A DNA stretch of 38,686 bases, taken from contig JASHPC010000049.1 of the NCBI GenBank assembly GCA_030038335.1, forward strand, positions 1 through 38,686. Direction: 5' to 3'. Below, one piece after another: positions 16,096 to 24,556 of this stretch; the first letter of the stretch is position 1, and the number at the start of each line of letters is the position of its first letter. The translations under genes and the position numbers were made by a program. This stretch comes from Vulcanimicrobiota bacterium (GTDB lineage: Bacteria; Vulcanimicrobiota; Vulcanimicrobiia; Vulcanimicrobiales; Vulcanimicrobiaceae). The notes beneath the pieces are model-generated. The model did not search any database. It saw nothing but the letters and a program-made list of their open reading frames with translations, and was not told where the DNA came from.

Positions 16096-17465
16096 AGCAG
16101 AATCACGAGCGCGTTGAGAATCGTGCCTTCGTTCTGCAGCTGCGTGACGAGAGGCACCGAACGCGGCATCTCTGATTGGACCTCGAAGGGAAGCACGACC
16201 GCAGGCTCCGTGAACGGCGTTGGGTCGGCTCCGGCAAGCGTTTCGAAGAGCATTTCAGCGTAGAGCGCATTCGCCCAACCGAAATCCGAGCGCGTGTAGC
16301 GCCAATAGCCGTTATCATAGAAACTTTCGTGAATGAGTCCGTCTTTGCTATCGGTCTCCGCGAGCGTCGTGATGGCGGTAGCGACCTCGAGTGACGACGT
16401 CGACGTGAGCGCGCGGCCGATTATGCCGAGAGGCCAGACGTTGTCTACCGGCGTGTGCGGGCTGCCGAGCCCGCTCGCGTAGCGTCCCTCGTAATAGTAC
16501 GGATTCGCACGGCTCAGCACGAAGTCGCGCGTCGTCAGATATGCCGGGTCGTTCGCGGAACACCAGCCGATGTACGGCAACGTGAGCAGGTTCGGAATAT
16601 TCGCGTCATCCATGAAGAGCTGGTGCCCGAGCCCGTCGACTTCGTACGCGTAGATCCATCCGCCAAGATGCGGCTCGTAGACGAGGCCGTACCGCTCGAT
16701 GCCGGCTTGCACGCGCTCTTCGATCGTCGTCGCCTCGCTCGCGAGCGTCTTGTCTGAGTAGCCTTCGATGGCGAGAACGCTGAGATCGCGCAGCGCGACC
16801 GCAGCGATCGCGTTCTGCGGAATGTTGAATCTGTATTGAACGGCGTCGTCGGACGGCCGAAACGCGCTCCATATCAATCCCGTGTTCGCTGCATATGCAC
16901 CCTGCGTAGGCACGCGATAGGGATAGGAGTATCGACTACAAGACGCATGACGTTCCTCGCATGAATATGTCGCGACGATCGTGCGCAGCGCCCGGTGAAG
17001 GTCTGGCGTGAAGATCGAGCGGTCGTCCGTCGTGCGCCAATAGACCCATGCGAGGAGCACTGGCCACGCGAGCGAGTCGACCTCCCATTTACGCTCCCAG
17101 ACGTGATAACTCGCTTGAAAGGCATTTGCGTACGGGTCCGTGAGAATGTCGCGCGCCTGGCGTTCGACGACACCGGCCGTGCGCGCGCGTAGCACCGGAA
17201 AGTCCGCAACGAACCGGACGTAGGGAATCGTCTGTGCCGCCGAGTCTCGTAGCCACATCGCCGGAATGTCGCCGGTTTGCACGTACGTCGTACCGTCGCT
17301 CTCCGAGAAGAAGTCGCTGAAAAGCGTGTGGAAGAGCGTTTGCGCGTGAACGGCCCGATGGCGCTCACCGGTAAGCGGAAGGATGAGCGTTTGCGAGCGC
17401 GCAGGAGCAGCGAGCGCCGTTTCGAGGAGAATCAGCGCAACAAGAAGGAGGCGCGCCGCTTTCAC
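16083..17465 (-). CDS. Secreted GH125-like (DUF1237) exo-alpha-1,6-mannosidase family protein
   Basis: Signal peptide MKAARLLLVALILLETALAAP. The TGDIPAMWLRDSAAQ motif and overall length fit my memory of GH125. The GTG start overlaps the upstream hydrolase stop (GTGA). Confidence 0.65.
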   Translation of the reverse strand: MKAARLLLVALILLETALAAPARSQTLILPLTGERHRAVHAQTLFHTLFSDFFSESDGTTYVQTGDIPAMWLRDSAAQTIPYVRFVADFPVLRARTAGVVERQARDILTDPYANAFQASYHVWERKWEVDSLAWPVLLAWVYWRTTDDRSIFTPDLHRALRTIVATYSCEERHASCSRYSYPYRVPTQGAYAANTGLIWSAFRPSDDAVQYRFNIPQNAIAAVALRDLSVLAIEGYSDKTLASEATTIEERVQAGIERYGLVYEPHLGGWIYAYEVDGLGHQLFMDDANIPNLLTLPYIGWCSANDPAYLTTRDFVLSRANPYYYEGRYASGLGSPHTPVDNVWPLGIIGRALTSTSSLEVATAITTLAETDSKDGLIHESFYDNGYWRYTRSDFGWANALYAEMLFETLAGADPTPFTEPAVVLPFEVQSEMPRSVPLVTQLQNEGTILNALVILLQPP

Positions 17466-18436
17466 TGCGGCATCGTTGCGTCGTCGATGACGCTTTGCGC
17501 GAGCGGGCCGAGGTCGACCGCGTCTGCGTTCGAGAGGAGAACGACGGCGAGCCGTTGTCCTGGAACGACTGCCACGTACGCCGAATACCCGGGAACGTAA
17601 CCGCTATGCCACGCACCGCGCCGGCTTCCGATGCGGCCACTGAAAAAGCCCATGCCGTCGAACATCCGCATCAAGTCTTGCGTGCTGACGACGCGCATCG
17701 CGAACAGATCGTCCAACCAGCGTGCGACGTCGAGCGCACTCGATTCGAGCCCGGCACCTCCGAACGCGAGCGACGCGCTGCCCGCGGACACGCTTCCCTC
17801 GGCGCGTCTAGGCTCGTAAAGAAACGGATTCCAGCCGGCCGTCGCTCGCAGTTGCAGCGGACCAAACAAATCGCGGTGCAGCCACGCCGCAAGGGGCATG
17901 CGCGTGACGTCTTCGACGATCACGCCAAGCAGCACGTAGTTGGTGTTGCTGTACGACGTGTTCGTTCCGGGAGCGAACTCGAGCGGCAACGAGGCAACGC
18001 GGCGAACGAGCGCTTCCGGCGAGACCGGCTCGCGCGCTAACCGATCGAAGTCCGGAAGCGTCGCGTAATCCGGAATGCCACTGGCGTTCTCGAGAAGCTC
18101 GCGAACCGTGACGTCGCGCGCGACCGCATACCAAGGAACGAAGCGCCCGAGCGTGTCGTCGAGCGAGAGACGGCCGCGCTCGCACAGCCGCAGCACGCTC
18201 GCGGCGAGAAACTGCTTCTCGATCGATCCAACCGCGAAGACCGTTCGAGGTTCGACGCGTATCGTACGCCGGCGGTCCGCGAAGCCGTACCCGTGCGCGT
18301 AGACGATCTCGCCGTCGCGCGCGACGGCGAGAGAGAGTCCGAGAACGTGCCGATCGCCCATGACGTAGCGAACGATCTCGTCGATGCGTGCGCGCTGCGG
18401 TGCCGTCAACGCGACGGCGAGAACGATGGCGTGCAT
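17462..18436 (-). CDS. Serine hydrolase, beta-lactamase/DD-peptidase fold, motifs intact
   Basis: SxxK = SIEK (FAVGSIEKQF), YxN = YSN (TSYSNTNYVLLG), HSG (AWHSGYVPGY). I start it at ATG 18436 (MHAIVLAVALT..). The track's 134-codon N-terminal extension is Arg/Ser-rich and runs antisense to meaB. Confidence 0.85.
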   Translation of the reverse strand: MHAIVLAVALTAPQRARIDEIVRYVMGDRHVLGLSLAVARDGEIVYAHGYGFADRRRTIRVEPRTVFAVGSIEKQFLAASVLRLCERGRLSLDDTLGRFVPWYAVARDVTVRELLENASGIPDYATLPDFDRLAREPVSPEALVRRVASLPLEFAPGTNTSYSNTNYVLLGVIVEDVTRMPLAAWLHRDLFGPLQLRATAGWNPFLYEPRRAEGSVSAGSASLAFGGAGLESSALDVARWLDDLFAMRVVSTQDLMRMFDGMGFFSGRIGSRRGAWHSGYVPGYSAYVAVVPGQRLAVVLLSNADAVDLGPLAQSVIDDATMPQ

Positions 18437-19424
18437 CGAGTCGCGCGTTCGCCAACAAGCCGAGCAGGTCCGCCGCAGCGCCGACCGCAACTTCTCACGA
18501 GCCTTGACGAGCGACGGCACGCTAGAACTGATTCGCGACTTTCGAGCCGGCAGACCGCGAGCGCTGGCGCGCGCGATTACGGCGTGCGAGTCGGGAAACG
18601 GTGCGCGCGTCGTTGCCGAGCTGTACGCGCTTGCAGGGAACGCAACGACGGTCGGCATCACCGGTCCTCCGGGCGTCGGCAAATCGACGCTTTCCGCTGC
18701 ACTCGTTCGAAAAGCTCGCACGCTCGGAAGGCGCGTCGGCGTTATCTCCGTCGATCCGAGCTCGCCGTTCTCGCACGGTGCGCTGCTCGGAGATCGCATT
18801 CGGCTCGCAGAGCACTTTACCGATCCCGACGTCTTCATTCGTTCGATGGCGAGCCGCGGTCATCTCGGTGGTCTCGCCGGCGCGACGGCGGACGCTACGC
18901 TTCTGATGGACGCGTTCGGTTTTCAGTTCATCGTCGTTGAGACCGTGGGTGCGGGACAGAGCGAAGTAGAGATCGCGGAGCTTGCGCAGACGACGATCGT
19001 CGCGCTGCAACCGGGGAGCGGAGACTCCGTTCAACTGCTCAAAGCGGGGATCGTCGAGATCGCGGATATTTTCGTCGTGAACAAGGGCGATCACCCGATG
19101 GCCGATCAACTGCGCCGCGAGATTCGGTCGATGCTGCAGATCTCGGAGCACGGCGCGTGGGTGCCGGAGCTCGTTACGACGCAGGCGGTGCACGGGCAGG
19201 GTATCGACGAGTTGTGGGACGCGATCGAGCGCCACGCTGCGTATTTGGTCGAGAGTGGCGAGCTCGAGCAGCGCAAGCGAGAACGCTTCGCGTACCAAGT
19301 GCGCAGCATTGCAGCCGGCCGCATTCGAGCTCTCGTCGACGGCAGAATCGACGTCGGCTCGGCAGCCGGCGATCCGTACGATGCCGCCTCGCAAGCGCTT
19401 GCGTCGCTCGGCATCGAGGAATGA
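18426..19424 (+). CDS. meaB: Methylmalonyl-CoA mutase-associated G-protein chaperone (MeaB/ArgK family)
   Basis: GITGPPGVGKSTL (P-loop), SVDPSSPFSHGALLGDRIR, FIRSMASRGHLGG, VETVGAGQSE, VVNKGD. The start is uncertain: ATG 18426, TTG 18504 or track 18384. Confidence 0.88.
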   Translation: MACIESRVRQQAEQVRRSADRNFSRALTSDGTLELIRDFRAGRPRALARAITACESGNGARVVAELYALAGNATTVGITGPPGVGKSTLSAALVRKARTLGRRVGVISVDPSSPFSHGALLGDRIRLAEHFTDPDVFIRSMASRGHLGGLAGATADATLLMDAFGFQFIVVETVGAGQSEVEIAELAQTTIVALQPGSGDSVQLLKAGIVEIADIFVVNKGDHPMADQLRREIRSMLQISEHGAWVPELVTTQAVHGQGIDELWDAIERHAAYLVESGELEQRKRERFAYQVRSIAAGRIRALVDGRIDVGSAAGDPYDAASQALASLGIEE

Positions 19425-19457
19425 CCTACGGGTGCGGCCCGTGAACGTTCTCCTGCT

Positions 19458-21134
19458 GTGGCGAAGATGATCGAGCGCGCCCCGAACGAGGAGGCGTGGA
19501 AGCAGGCCTCGCGGGCGGGTGCATTACGGAAAGGGCCGGGTTCGGGGGCTGTTGACCGCACCATCTCCGACGTCGCGCTCGAGCCGCTCTACTCGCCTAA
19601 GGATCTTTCCGGCCTCGACTACGATCGTGACCTCGGCTATCCGGGGTTCTATCCGTACACGCGCGGACTTCATTCGAACGGCTATCGCGGGCGTCTATGG
19701 ACGATGCGGCAGTTTGCCGGGTTTGGAACCGCGCGACAGACGAACGAGCGCTACAAGTTTCTGCTTGCGCAGGGTCAAACCGGGTTGTCAGTCGCCTTCG
19801 ACATGCCGACGCTCATGGGATACGACTCCGACGCGCCGCAAGCGCGCGGTGAAGTCGGTCGCTGTGGCGTTGCAATCGATTCGCTGGCAGACATGGAGAC
19901 GCTCTTCGAGGAGATCGATCTCGGTACCGTAACGACGTCGATGACGATCAACGGTCCCGCGGCAATCGCTCTCGCGCAATACGTCGCTGCCGCCGAGCGG
20001 CAAGGCGTGTCGCGCAGCGTGCTAGGCGGAACGGTGCAAGCCGACATCCTCAAAGAGTACATCGCGCAGAAAGAGTGGATCTTTCCTCCGCGTCCGCACA
20101 TGCGGCTCATCGTCGACATGATTCGCTTCTGCACCGACGAGATGCCGCGTTGGAACACGATCTCCGTCTCCGGCTACCACATTCGGGAAGCCGGGTCGAC
20201 GGCCGCCCAGGAGCTCGCCTTCACGCTCGCCGACGGCTTTGCATACGTCGAAGCCTGCATCGCTGCAGGTATGGACGTCGACGCGTTTGCTCCACGTCTG
20301 TCGTTTTTCTTCAACTCGCACATCGACTTCTTCGAAGAAATCGCAAAGTTCCGCGCGGCCCGCCGCATCTATGCGCGGCACATGCGCGATCGCTACGGCG
20401 CAAAGGATCCGCGCTCCCTTCAACTTCGCTTTCACACGCAGACTGCCGGATGCAGCGCGACCGCGCAGCAACCCGAGAACAATATCGTGCGTGTCGCGTA
20501 CGAAGCGATGGCCGCGGTACTCGGCGGGACGCAGTCGCTCCATACGAACTCGATGGACGAGGTACACGCGCTGCCCACTGAGAAATCGGCCGAGATCGCG
20601 CTGCGCACGCAGCAGGTGCTCGCCTACGAAACGAACGTCGCCAACGTCACGGATCCGCTCGGCGGGTCGTATTTCGTCGAAGCGCTCACCGACGAGATGG
20701 AGCGTGAGGCGGAATCGTACTTCGCGCAGATCGCCGAGTACGGTGGCGTCGTCGAGGCGATCGAGGCCGGATTCTTTCAGAAGGAGATTGCGGAGGCGAG
20801 CTACCGCTACCAGCGGTCCATCGAAAAGAAAGAGCGGGTCATCGTCGGCGTCAATGCCTTCGAAAAGGAAGAGGATCACGCGGACATCGAGTTGCTGCGC
20901 ATCACCGACGAGACGGAACGCGAGCAGGCCGCCGCGGTGCGGCGCGTGCGCGAGAGCCGGGATGTGAACGCCGCCCGCGCTACGCTCGAGCGTTTGCAGA
21001 GAGCGTGCCGCGACCCGAAGGATAACGTGATGCCGCATCTCATTGCGTGCGTCAACGCGTACTGCACCGAGGGCGAGATCGTCGACGCGATGGTCGAGGT
21101 TTACGGAAGATACGTGGAACGGAGCGTTTTCTAA
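19458..21134 (+). CDS. Acyl-CoA mutase large (substrate-binding TIM-barrel) subunit, methylmalonyl/isobutyryl-CoA mutase family
   Basis: PGFYPYTRGLHSNGYRGRLWTMRQFAGFGTA, GQTGLSVAFDMPTLMGYDSD, ISVSGYHIREAGSTA, LHTNSMDE are family hallmarks. There is no B12 domain, so the architecture is split. Confidence 0.9.
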   Translation: MAKMIERAPNEEAWKQASRAGALRKGPGSGAVDRTISDVALEPLYSPKDLSGLDYDRDLGYPGFYPYTRGLHSNGYRGRLWTMRQFAGFGTARQTNERYKFLLAQGQTGLSVAFDMPTLMGYDSDAPQARGEVGRCGVAIDSLADMETLFEEIDLGTVTTSMTINGPAAIALAQYVAAAERQGVSRSVLGGTVQADILKEYIAQKEWIFPPRPHMRLIVDMIRFCTDEMPRWNTISVSGYHIREAGSTAAQELAFTLADGFAYVEACIAAGMDVDAFAPRLSFFFNSHIDFFEEIAKFRAARRIYARHMRDRYGAKDPRSLQLRFHTQTAGCSATAQQPENNIVRVAYEAMAAVLGGTQSLHTNSMDEVHALPTEKSAEIALRTQQVLAYETNVANVTDPLGGSYFVEALTDEMEREAESYFAQIAEYGGVVEAIEAGFFQKEIAEASYRYQRSIEKKERVIVGVNAFEKEEDHADIELLRITDETEREQAAAVRRVRESRDVNAARATLERLQRACRDPKDNVMPHLIACVNAYCTEGEIVDAMVEVYGRYVERSVF

Positions 21135-21135
21135 C

Positions 21136-21279
21136 ATGGAAGAAGTCACTGAAATACGACGACGCCGCGTGCTACGCGTACTCTCCGAGGTGAAGCACAA
21201 ACTGGAGGAAGCACTGCGCTTGAGCCGGCGCCGCGACGCCGGTTCCGTGAAGCTCGTTCCCGAGAAACAGCCGCACTGA
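21136..21279 (+). CDS. 47-codon micro-ORF between the two mutase subunits
   Basis: ATG lies 1 nt after the large-subunit TAA (TAA-C-ATG). Its TGA shares a base with the ATG of the B12 subunit (TGATG). The peptide is [47 protein letters not shown], which looks helical and charged. The reading frame differs from both neighbours. Confidence 0.4.
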   Translation: MEEVTEIRRRRVLRVLSEVKHKLEEALRLSRRRDAGSVKLVPEKQPH

Positions 21280-21692
21280 TGGCACGCCGCTTGCGCATCG
21301 TCGTCGCAAAGGCCGGGCTGGACGGTCACGACCGTGGCGCAAAGGTCATCGCGCGCGCGCTGCGCGACGCGGGCATGGAAGTCATCTACACCGGGCTCTT
21401 TCAAACGCCCGAACAGATCGTACAAACCGCGATTCAAGAAGACGCCGACGGCATCGGCCTCTCGATTCTCTCGGGCGCGCACATGACGCTCTTTCCGCTC
21501 GTTCTCGAACAGCTCAGGGCGCAAGGCGCGGAGGACGTCGTCTTCTTCGGCGGCGGCACGATCCCGCCGGACGACGCAGCGGCGCTCAAGAAAATGGGCG
21601 TGCAAGAGGTCTTCACGCCAGGCGCGCCGCTGCAAGAGATCGTCGACTTCGTGGAACGCGAGTGCGGTAAACGCGCGCTCTTGTCATCCTGA
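21279..21692 (+). CDS. Acyl-CoA mutase small (cobalamin-binding) subunit
   Basis: [34 protein letters not shown] contains the DxHxxG B12 motif, followed by GLSILSGAH and FFGGGTIP. Confidence 0.92.
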   Translation: MARRLRIVVAKAGLDGHDRGAKVIARALRDAGMEVIYTGLFQTPEQIVQTAIQEDADGIGLSILSGAHMTLFPLVLEQLRAQGAEDVVFFGGGTIPPDDAAALKKMGVQEVFTPGAPLQEIVDFVERECGKRALLSS

Positions 21693-23185
21693 GCGCGGCG
21701 CGAACTCGCATCGCTCCGTCGCCGACGGGCGACCCGCACGTTGCGACCGCATACGCCGCAATCATCAACTATTGCTTTGCGCACTCAGCGAAGGAGGGCG
21801 GCAGTTTCATCCTTCGGATCGAGGACACGGATCGAGCTCGCAGCACGGAGTCGTCTGAGGTGGCGATCTTTTCGTCGCTTCGCTGGCTCTCGATTCCGTG
21901 GGACGAAGGTCCCGACGCAGGCGGTCCCTTCGCGCCGTATCGCCAGAGCGAGCGCTCCGACGTGTATCGAAAGTACGCGAAAGAGCTGCGGGACGCGGGG
22001 CACGCGTTCCCGTGTTTCTGCACGGAGGAACGGCTCGAGGAGATGCGCGTCGCGCAACGAGCCGCGCACGAAGCGCCGCACTATGACGGCCACTGCCTTT
22101 CGCTGACGGCAGAAGAGGTCGCGCAGCACGAGCGCGACGGCGTCCCTTCCGTTCTTCGTCTCGTCGTGCCTCGCGAGGGGACGTGCGTCTTCGAGGACGC
22201 GCTGCGCGGACGCATCGAGATCGAGTGGAAGAGCGTCGACATGCAGGTGCTCGTGAAGTCTGACGGATTTCCGACCTACCATCTCGCGAACGTCGTCGAC
22301 GATCACCTCATGCAGATTACGCACGTCATTCGCGGCGAAGAATGGATCAGCTCGACGCCAAAGCACGTGCTGCTGTACGAGTACTTTGGCTGGTCGCGCG
22401 AGATGCCGCGCTTCTGCCATTTTCCGCTCCTTCGCAATCCGGACAAGAGCAAGCTCTCGAAGCGAAGGAACCCAACGAGCATCTTGCACTATCGCGCGCG
22501 CGGTTTTCTTCCGGAAACGCTCGTTCACTTTCTGGCTGCGCTCGTCGACGGGCGCAACGACGAAAGGCTGCTCGCGTGCGCGTCGCCGTCCGAGATGCTC
22601 GAGCGGATGTGCGAGGACTTCGACGTCACGCGCATCTCGCTCGGCGGTCCCGTCTTCGATCTGGAAAAGCTCGTGTGGCTCAACGGACAGCACCTGCGTC
22701 GTCACACGCCCGCGGAGCTTCTCGAGATCCTGCACGAGTGGGGATACGAATGGCCGGAGGCGATCGCGCAAGCGTGGCGTACGCGCATCGCGGCACTGGC
22801 ACTCGATCGCATACGCACGCTGGAGGAGTTCGCGCCGCTCGTTGCTTTTTTTGCCGAACGGCCGAACCCGGCGAAAGAGGAGTTGGAACTTCCCAAACTT
22901 CCTTCGGGCGCAGCAGCCGAGGCGCTCGCGGTGGCGATGCAGGCGCTCGTCAACGTCGGAGACGGCGAGTGGCAGGCGGACGCAATCGGCGAGCGGCTGA
23001 AGAGCGCGGTCAACGAACGTACGTGGCCATTTCCCACGACGGTACGTTTTCGCGACGTCGTTCGCGCGTACTACGTCGCCGTAACCGGGAGCCCAACGTC
23101 AGTGCCGCTCTTCGACGCCATGGAGATCCTTGGGAAGACCGAATCCTTGCGTAGAATGGAGATCGCTCTGGAGAGACTGCATTGA
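21689..23185 (+). CDS. gltX: Glutamate--tRNA ligase (Thermus-type), with a probable non-canonical start
   Basis: The frame reads (L)[51 protein letters not shown]..., collinear with T. thermophilus GluRS ([20 protein letters not shown]..). The track begins only at GTG 21860. There is an in-frame TAA at 21668-21670 and no ATG, GTG or TTG before the HIGH-motif region. CTG 21689 overlaps the upstream TGA. Confidence 0.85.
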   Translation: MSAARTRIAPSPTGDPHVATAYAAIINYCFAHSAKEGGSFILRIEDTDRARSTESSEVAIFSSLRWLSIPWDEGPDAGGPFAPYRQSERSDVYRKYAKELRDAGHAFPCFCTEERLEEMRVAQRAAHEAPHYDGHCLSLTAEEVAQHERDGVPSVLRLVVPREGTCVFEDALRGRIEIEWKSVDMQVLVKSDGFPTYHLANVVDDHLMQITHVIRGEEWISSTPKHVLLYEYFGWSREMPRFCHFPLLRNPDKSKLSKRRNPTSILHYRARGFLPETLVHFLAALVDGRNDERLLACASPSEMLERMCEDFDVTRISLGGPVFDLEKLVWLNGQHLRRHTPAELLEILHEWGYEWPEAIAQAWRTRIAALALDRIRTLEEFAPLVAFFAERPNPAKEELELPKLPSGAAAEALAVAMQALVNVGDGEWQADAIGERLKSAVNERTWPFPTTVRFRDVVRAYYVAVTGSPTSVPLFDAMEILGKTESLRRMEIALERLH

Positions 23186-24519
23186 GCGGCGTTCGTGCAA
23201 TCGTGCTCGCGGCCGGAAAGGGCACCCGCATGAAAAGCACGCTGCCGAAGGTGTTTCATGAGTTGTGCGGGCGACCGATGCTCTGGTGGGTGCTGTGCGC
23301 TCTGCGTGACGCGGGCGCCGACGAGATCGTCGCCGTCATCTCACCGGAGATGGAAGAGCGCTTCGCGGCGCTCGGAGGCGCGCGCGGCATCGTGCAAAAG
23401 GAGCAGCTCGGAACCGGTCACGCGCTGCGCGTCGCGCTCGAAGCGCTTCCGACGCGCAGAGGCGGACGCGTCCTCGTTACGAACGGCGACATGCCGCTCG
23501 TGACGCGTGAGATCTTCACGGCAGCGCTCGACGCTGTCGGCTCCGGTGCGATGGCGCTCGTGACGCTACGCAGCGGCCCCGAGTCGAGCTTCGGGCGCGT
23601 CGTTCGGAAAGGAAATCGCGTCGAGCGCATCGTTGAGGTTCGCGATGCAACCCTCGACGAGCGCGCGATCGAGGAGACGAACGCCGGCATCTACGCGATC
23701 GACGAGAGCGCGGCACGCGACGTCGTCGGACGCATTGGGAACGACAATGCGCAGCGCGAGTACTATCTCACCGACGCCGTGGGAATCCTCGCAGCCTCCG
23801 GCGCGGGCGTGGCACCGGTGCTGTACCCCGAGGGTCGCGATCTCGCCGGCATCAACGATCGCGTCGAGCTCGCAGTTGCACGGCAGCGCATGAACGAACG
23901 GCTCTGCGCGTCGTACATGCGAGACGGCGTCACGATCGTCGATCCCGAGCGAACGTACCTCGAGCCCGAGCTGACGATCGGGCGCGACACGGTCATCTAT
24001 CCCAACACGCAGATCGGACGGCTTTCGTCCATCGGCGAAGGGTGCACGATCGGGCCGAACGCGCGGCTCTCGAACGCGACGGTCGGGAACCGCACGGAGA
24101 TCCGCGAGAGCGTCGTTCTCGACAGCACCATCGGCGACGGCGCGCACGTGGGGCCGTTCGCGCACATTCGCGGTGAGAGCGTTCTCGCCGACGACGTTCG
24201 GATCGGAAACTTCGTCGAGCTGAAGAACGCACGTCTGGAGAGCGGCTCGAAGGCGAGCCACCTTTCCTATCTCGGCGACGTGACCGTCGGCGAGGACACG
24301 AACGTGGGCGCCGGAACGATCACGTGCAACTTCGACGGCAAGAGGAAGAATCGCACGACCATCGGCAAGCGCGCGCTGATTGGTTCCAACTCGTCGCTCG
24401 TCGCACCCGTGGAGATTGGAGACGACGCCTTGACGGGCGCCGGCTCCGTCGTTACGCGGGACGTTCCTGCAGGCGAGCGCGTCGCGGGAAATCCCGCGCG
24501 TCCACTGCCAAAGAAGTAG
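23182..24519 (+). CDS. glmU: Bifunctional UDP-GlcNAc pyrophosphorylase / GlcN-1-P acetyltransferase
   Basis: AIVLAAGKGTRMKSTLPKV, C-terminal left-handed beta-helix hexapeptide repeats, and NYDG-like TCNFDGKRK. The TTG start overlaps the gltX TGA. Confidence 0.92.
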   Translation: MSGVRAIVLAAGKGTRMKSTLPKVFHELCGRPMLWWVLCALRDAGADEIVAVISPEMEERFAALGGARGIVQKEQLGTGHALRVALEALPTRRGGRVLVTNGDMPLVTREIFTAALDAVGSGAMALVTLRSGPESSFGRVVRKGNRVERIVEVRDATLDERAIEETNAGIYAIDESAARDVVGRIGNDNAQREYYLTDAVGILAASGAGVAPVLYPEGRDLAGINDRVELAVARQRMNERLCASYMRDGVTIVDPERTYLEPELTIGRDTVIYPNTQIGRLSSIGEGCTIGPNARLSNATVGNRTEIRESVVLDSTIGDGAHVGPFAHIRGESVLADDVRIGNFVELKNARLESGSKASHLSYLGDVTVGEDTNVGAGTITCNFDGKRKNRTTIGKRALIGSNSSLVAPVEIGDDALTGAGSVVTRDVPAGERVAGNPARPLPKK

Positions 24520-24556
24520 CGTCCTAAAGCCGCTGGCTCGCGGCACAAACTCTCGT

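Noticed and set aside
19425-19457. A cobalamin riboswitch controlling the B12-dependent mutase genes.
   Set aside because: The only non-coding stretch ahead of the mutase is 33 nt, and meaB abuts or overlaps the divergent hydrolase gene. There is no room for a ~200-nt riboswitch.
21681-21703. A full second copy of the REP-like element at the mutase-gltX junction.
   Set aside because: Only one arm-like segment matches, at about 17 of 20 positions. No inverted partner or inner stem is present nearby. It is at most a remnant, and I mention it only as context.
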